Shown: piece by piece, positions 63,356 to 64,000 of the stretch
How the letters are laid out: the number at the start of each line of letters is the position of its first letter
How positions within the stretch are numbered: the first letter of the stretch is position 1
Assembly: GCF_006345805.1 (NCBI RefSeq)
Contig: NC_043002.1
Location: 58,342,001 to 58,406,000 of the forward strand
Reading direction: 5' to 3'
From: Octopus sinensis
Lineage: Eukaryota
Length of the DNA stretch: 64,000 nucleotides
Translations under genes and position numbers: made by a program
Notes under the pieces: generated by a model
The model's database searches: none
What the model was told of the DNA's origin: nothing
What the model saw: the letters and a program-made list of their open reading frames with translations, nothing else

Positions 63356-63863
63356 TACGAGGTCTGATCAAAAAAGCATCAGGACTGGTGCTATGGAAAG
63401 GAAACTACAAAGCATATCAACCTGGCATTTAATCTCCTTTGAAGCTGTCCCCTTCTGAAGCCATAGAAGCATTCCTGGAACTTCTTCTTGGGGGTAATGG
63501 GCAGCTGCCTCATCACTTTCTTTTGAATTTCCTTCGTGTCTTGAAATTTTGTTCCTTTCAAGTGGGATTTGATTTTTGGAAAGATTCTTGATCATAACAA
63601 CCATCAAATCACATATCCTTCTGTGTGCACACATGTACACACGTGTGCACGCACACATTTTCTCTGCCATGGTCACAGATGGAACCTCTTTAGTGTAATG
63701 AAATAATCACACTGCTACAAACATCAAAAGTGAGAGAGAATGTTATAACTTAGTGTTCATGCATGACCGAGTTGGAGGTCAATCTGTGTCAAGTGGCTTC
63801 ACTCTGCCTTCTTTAGCTCCATTACCATAGCAACAGTCCTGATACTTTTGATCAGATTTTATA
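63356..63863 (-). mobile_element. Internally deleted mariner
   Basis: TIRs TACGAGGTCTGATCAAAAAAGCATCAGGACT / TATAAAATCTGATCAAAAGTATCAGGACT; internal PKIKSHLKGTKFQDTKEIQKKVMRQL..IT.KKFQECF is a mariner C-terminus. Confidence 0.8.
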
Positions 63864-64000
63864 TGTGCATATGCAAGTGTAAAGATAACAGAAGCAGCCA
63901 AGGACCAGAAGAGTTGAACAAAAGCATCCAGCCCCAACACAGGATTGAGACATGGGGTAGGATGCTGTGCTGAACCAATAAGCATCTACCCATCTTCTCC

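Overview
AT-rich, repeat-saturated eukaryotic genomic DNA, most likely a coleoid cephalopod (Octopus-like; inferred from dense tRNA-derived and Deu-domain SINEs, (GAT)n-tailed RTE elements, and (TA)n/(TACA)n/(CA)n microsatellites). Almost all ORFs in the supplied track are microsatellite or repeat artefacts. One gene is securely identified: mitochondrial ATP synthase subunit f (ATP5MF/ATP5J2), 4 coding exons on +, 13599-20637, 108 aa. A putative unidentified gene starts head-to-head 440 bp upstream on the minus strand, and a tentative multi-exon minus-strand gene lies at about 33.7-54.9 kb. Most interesting: 1.8-7.4 kb holds three different Penelope-type (PLE) or retrozyme-like families, each with a minimal type I hammerhead ribozyme (HHR) and the same architecture of an inverted partial copy plus tandem direct monomers. 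(i) A ~410-nt monomer with a long-stem-II HHR, 4 copies. (ii) A 357-nt monomer whose HHR has a covariant U3-A8 core. (iii) A GIY-YIG PLE remnant whose 3' repeat starts with a tRNA-like head; a TSD-flanked solo copy at 30.3 kb shows this head fused to an HHR. Also present: a mariner split by three nested insertions including a 4.4-kb RTE LINE with a tandemly amplified 3' region, several palindromic/foldback structures, HERO and R4-like RLE-LINE fragments, MITEs and minisatellites. All folds and splice models were derived by eye; no searches were run.
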